From Coriobacteriia bacterium (lineage in GTDB: Bacteria; Actinomycetota; Coriobacteriia; Coriobacteriales; UBA8131), in assembly GCA_009779015.1 (NCBI GenBank), contig WRFC01000001.1:1-28083 (forward strand): DNA of 28,083 nucleotides, in the 5' to 3' direction. Each line of letters opens with the position of its first letter. Positions within the stretch are counted from its first letter, which is position 1. This document shows positions 25,397-28,083 of this stretch, piece after piece. The notes beneath the pieces are model-generated. The model made no database searches. It was not told the origin of the DNA and worked only from the letters and a program-made list of their open reading frames with translations. Position numbers and translations under genes: made by a program.

Positions 25397-25975
25397 TTAA
25401 CCTCTCCTGGCCTGCTTGAGCTGCTTGAGCTGCGCCCAGCTGCGCTGTTTGCCAGCCTCAGTGGCCAGAGAGTCTAAAAAGCCCTCTACACTCAGAAAGC
25501 ACCGCCCTGCGACCTGGGCTACCCCACCGTAACACCAGGCATCCAGGGCGGGCGCGTCCCAATCCCGATAGGCCTCCTTCAGGGCTACCCAGGATTCTCG
25601 ATCTAATGCAATAACGGCTATCGGATCGATAGCCTCGACGAGGGCAGCCAGTCTTTCGGATGACCTGTCTGTTGTTTGGCCGGGTTGCGAGCCGTTCTCA
25701 GGCAACGGGCTGATACCGGGTCGAGGCAGGTTGAGCCCCGCCCAGGTTGGCGGGTCGTATCCGAGGCGGGTCATGGCTTTTTCGAGAGCCTGCCAGTCTG
25801 GACCGCAAAAAGGTACTTGAGCGCCAGCTGCGCCCATTGCCGTCTCGGCCTTTCCCTTGACCGCCAAGACCTCGACCAAGTCGGCCTGACTGAGGTGTTT
25901 GGCATACTCCGCAACGACATGGAGACGTTCCTCGGCCAATATGGTGGCTGCCTGCCTCGCTTTGTAAGGTGTCAT
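25397..25975 (-). CDS. Hypothetical protein
   Basis: 192-aa ORF converging on ferredoxin and diverging from trxA; natural composition. Confidence 0.65.
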   Translation of the reverse strand: MTPYKARQAATILAEERLHVVAEYAKHLSQADLVEVLAVKGKAETAMGAAGAQVPFCGPDWQALEKAMTRLGYDPPTWAGLNLPRPGISPLPENGSQPGQTTDRSSERLAALVEAIDPIAVIALDRESWVALKEAYRDWDAPALDAWCYGGVAQVAGRCFLSVEGFLDSLATEAGKQRSWAQLKQLKQARRG

Positions 25976-26089
25976 GACAATGACCTTTCGTGGCTTCGAG
26001 GTTACGGACTAGTAGAAAAGTGTTATGCTGGCACTTGCGCTTTGATCGCCCATCCGAACTGTCAAACCCTAACTGTAAGGGAGTGTACT

Positions 26090-26413
26090 ATGTCTGCCGT
26101 TGAAGAACTGACATCAGCCAATTTTCAAGCCACCGTGTTGGACTCTGATAAACCTTTCCTCGTTGATTTTTGGGCCGCCTGGTGCGGGCCGTGCCGGATG
26201 GTCTCACCGGTTGTCGATGAGATCGCCGGCGAGAAATCCAGCGTTTTGAATGTAGGCAAGCTGAATGTCGATGAGCAGCAGGACGTGGCCGCGCGTTATC
26301 AAGTCATGTCTATCCCGACCTTGATCCTTTTCAAAGACGGTAAACCGGCCCACCAGATCGTCGGTGCCGCGCCGAAGGCCGAGCTGCTGCGCCAGCTCGA
26401 GCCGTTTATCTAA
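26090..26413 (+). CDS. trxA: Thioredoxin
   Basis: LVDFWAAWCGPC, KLNVDE, VMSIPTLILFKDG; ATG at 26090 after AAGGGAG. Confidence 0.96.
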   Translation: MSAVEELTSANFQATVLDSDKPFLVDFWAAWCGPCRMVSPVVDEIAGEKSSVLNVGKLNVDEQQDVAARYQVMSIPTLILFKDGKPAHQIVGAAPKAELLRQLEPFI

Positions 26414-26464
26414 GCCGGCAAGGCCTGCCTGAACCCGCCCAAACCAAAGCCATCCGAGGTCATC

Positions 26465-26716
26465 ATGTGTACAAATGGTGTCAATGCCAGCCAATTCAAG
26501 ACAAATCTGGAGCAGATCGACGAGGCGGTTGCGCTGCTCAGGCGCTGGACGCATCGCAGCTTTCACGCGGCCGAGGACTCTGGCTCGTTGCGCACGGCCG
26601 CCAAGCTGAAAGACGCCCAGGGCCTGCTCGACGATGTGCGTGGGCTTTTGGACGAGGCCGCCGAATTGATTGAGAAGGAATCCGCTGAGAATTCTGTGCG
26701 GGTCGAGCTCGTCTAG
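26465..26716 (+). CDS. Small helical hypothetical protein upstream of nikR
   Basis: 83 aa, amphipathic helices, RRWTHRSFHAAED; GAGG SD. Confidence 0.7.
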   Translation: MCTNGVNASQFKTNLEQIDEAVALLRRWTHRSFHAAEDSGSLRTAAKLKDAQGLLDDVRGLLDEAAELIEKESAENSVRVELV

Positions 26717-26727
26717 GCCGTGTGACG

Positions 26728-27147
26728 ATGGCTGAGCTTGTTCGCTTTAGCGTCGCCATGCCCGAAGACCTGCTAGAGCAGTTCGACAGCCTGGTGGAGA
26801 GGCGTGGCCTGGCCAAGAACCGTTCAGAGATCATCCGGGACCTGGTGCGCGATGCCTTGGTCGAAGAGCAGTGGCACGACCCAGACGCCGTGATCGTGGG
26901 CACGCTGACCTTGATCTTCAACCATCACGCCAACGACCTGCAAAACAAGCTTGACCACATCCAGCACACGGCGCACCAACTGATCATCTCGTCCATGCAT
27001 ATCCATTTGGATGCCCATAACTGCCTAGAGATCATCGCCATGCGCGGGCGCTCTGAAGAGATCAGGAAGATCTCCGAGAGCCTTCTGGGGGTCAAGGGCG
27101 TCAAGCATGGCTCGCTGACTGCCACAACCACGGGTACCGGCCTCTAA
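26728..27147 (+). CDS. nikR: Nickel-responsive regulator NikR
   Basis: RFSVAMPEDLLEQFD..NRSEIIRDLVR (ribbon-helix-helix); IQH and MHIHLDAHNCLE carry the His/His/His/Cys Ni ligands. Confidence 0.95.
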   Translation: MAELVRFSVAMPEDLLEQFDSLVERRGLAKNRSEIIRDLVRDALVEEQWHDPDAVIVGTLTLIFNHHANDLQNKLDHIQHTAHQLIISSMHIHLDAHNCLEIIAMRGRSEEIRKISESLLGVKGVKHGSLTATTTGTGL

Positions 27148-27169
27148 CAGGCCTCATTAACCAGCTAAA

Positions 27170-28083
27170 ATGCCCCGCGCTTACGACCTGCATATCACCG
27201 GGCTCGTCCAGGGAGTCGGTTTTCGGCCGTTCGTCTACCGGCTGGCCACTCGCTACCAGCTGAGCGGCTGGGTCTTGAACTCGACAGACGGCGTACATGC
27301 CCATATCGAGGGCGAGGATGCCCTACTTAAGAGGTTTTTAGAGAGCCTCGAGCTCGAAAGCCCGCCGGCTGCCCAGATTGACCGGGTGCGTGTCTACCCG
27401 GGCGAATTCAATGGGGAGAAGGGCTTTGCGATCCGCCCATCGGCAGCCCACGAGCCTGGCCGAACGCGGGTCTCGCCGGACCTGGCGACCTGCGCCGACT
27501 GCCTGCACGAGCTTTTTGACACCTCCGACCGCCGCTATGCCTACCCCTTTATCAACTGCACGAACTGTGGGCCGCGCTTTACGATTATCGAGGGCTTGCC
27601 CTATGACCGGCCGCTCACCAGTATGTCGGACTTTACGATGTGCGAGGCCTGTGCGCGGGAGTACGCAGACCCCGGCGACCGCCGCTTTCATGCCCAGCCG
27701 GACGCTTGTTTTGACTGCGGGCCGCACCTCAGCCTGCGCACGGCGGCCGGCCGCCATACCGCCTATAACAGCTGGGAGAGCCAGGCGCTGATTGCCGAGG
27801 CGGCCGGGCTTTTGCAGGCGGGCGGGATCTTGGCGCTGAAAGGGCTGGGCGGCTACCACTTGGCCTGTTCGGCCACAGACGAGTCTGCCGTGCAGCGCTT
27901 GCGCGAGCGCAAGCAGCGCCCCGACAAGCCTTTGGCCTGCATGTTCAGGGACCTTGGAGAGGCCAGGGAGTATTGCGAGATCAATGACCAAGAAGAGCAG
28001 GAGCTGCGCTCGCCGGCAGCCCCGATAGTCTTGCTGCGCTGTCGGGCGGCTGATTGGGCAGAAGCCGGAACGGACGGCATGGC
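27170..28083 (+). CDS. hypF: [NiFe]-hydrogenase maturation carbamoyltransferase HypF, 3'-truncated by window edge
   Basis: Manual translation from ATG 27170: MPRAYDLHITGLVQGVGFRPFVYR (acylphosphatase domain), PDLATCADC, YPFINCTNCGPRFTII..LPYDR, CEAC..EY.DP.DRRFHAQPDACFDCGP, KGLGGYHLAC. Absent from the ORF track. Confidence 0.96.
   Translation, partial: MPRAYDLHITGLVQGVGFRPFVYRLATRYQLSGWVLNSTDGVHAHIEGEDALLKRFLESLELESPPAAQIDRVRVYPGEFNGEKGFAIRPSAAHEPGRTRVSPDLATCADCLHELFDTSDRRYAYPFINCTNCGPRFTIIEGLPYDRPLTSMSDFTMCEACAREYADPGDRRFHAQPDACFDCGPHLSLRTAAGRHTAYNSWESQALIAEAAGLLQAGGILALKGLGGYHLACSATDESAVQRLRERKQRPDKPLACMFRDLGEAREYCEINDQEEQELRSPAAPIVLLRCRAADWAEAGTDGM

Noticed and set aside
1016-28080. Many long alternative-frame and antisense ORFs in the track (e.g. 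1889..3196 -, 3507..4670 -, 21752..22573 +, 27338..27991 -)
   Set aside because: Shadow ORFs overlapping well-supported genes, typical of GC-rich codon usage; no family motifs.
1-28083. CRISPR array, transposase, integrase or prophage genes
   Set aside because: No regularly spaced repeat-spacer array and no recognisable mobile-element ORF found.

Overview
Two unrelated blocks meet at a tRNA-Val(TAC) gene (13572..13646, -). Left block (1-13.5 kb): a C1/methyl-transfer cluster. It holds a His-rich protein (partial), a MetF with a fused C-terminal MetV-like Cys cluster, an AcsE-type methyl-THF:corrinoid methyltransferase, fhs, fchA and folD. It continues with a formate/nitrite (FNT) channel with a remodelled pore, a PocR-sensor AraC regulator, a methanol:corrinoid methyltransferase (mtaB), 5-formyl-THF cyclo-ligase and a RACo/RamA-type corrinoid activase. 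Together these cover every step between methanol and formate except the corrinoid carrier protein, which is not in the window. Right block (13.7-28 kb, GC-richer by eye): a Tad/Flp pilus operon with accessory genes, then ferredoxin, a hypothetical protein and trxA-small protein-nikR-hypF (partial). This block resembles my recollection of Coriobacteriia (Eggerthella-like) genomes, so that host assignment is inference. Best candidate for a novel system: an anaerobic methanol-to-formate module in a Coriobacteriia-like host. It has a possibly efflux-biased or re-specified FNT, a FolD that has lost its cyclohydrolase residues next to FchA, and a shared promoter motif (ACAAGAA-N18/19-TANNNT) upstream of three transcription units. 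All family assignments come from motif recognition without database searches.
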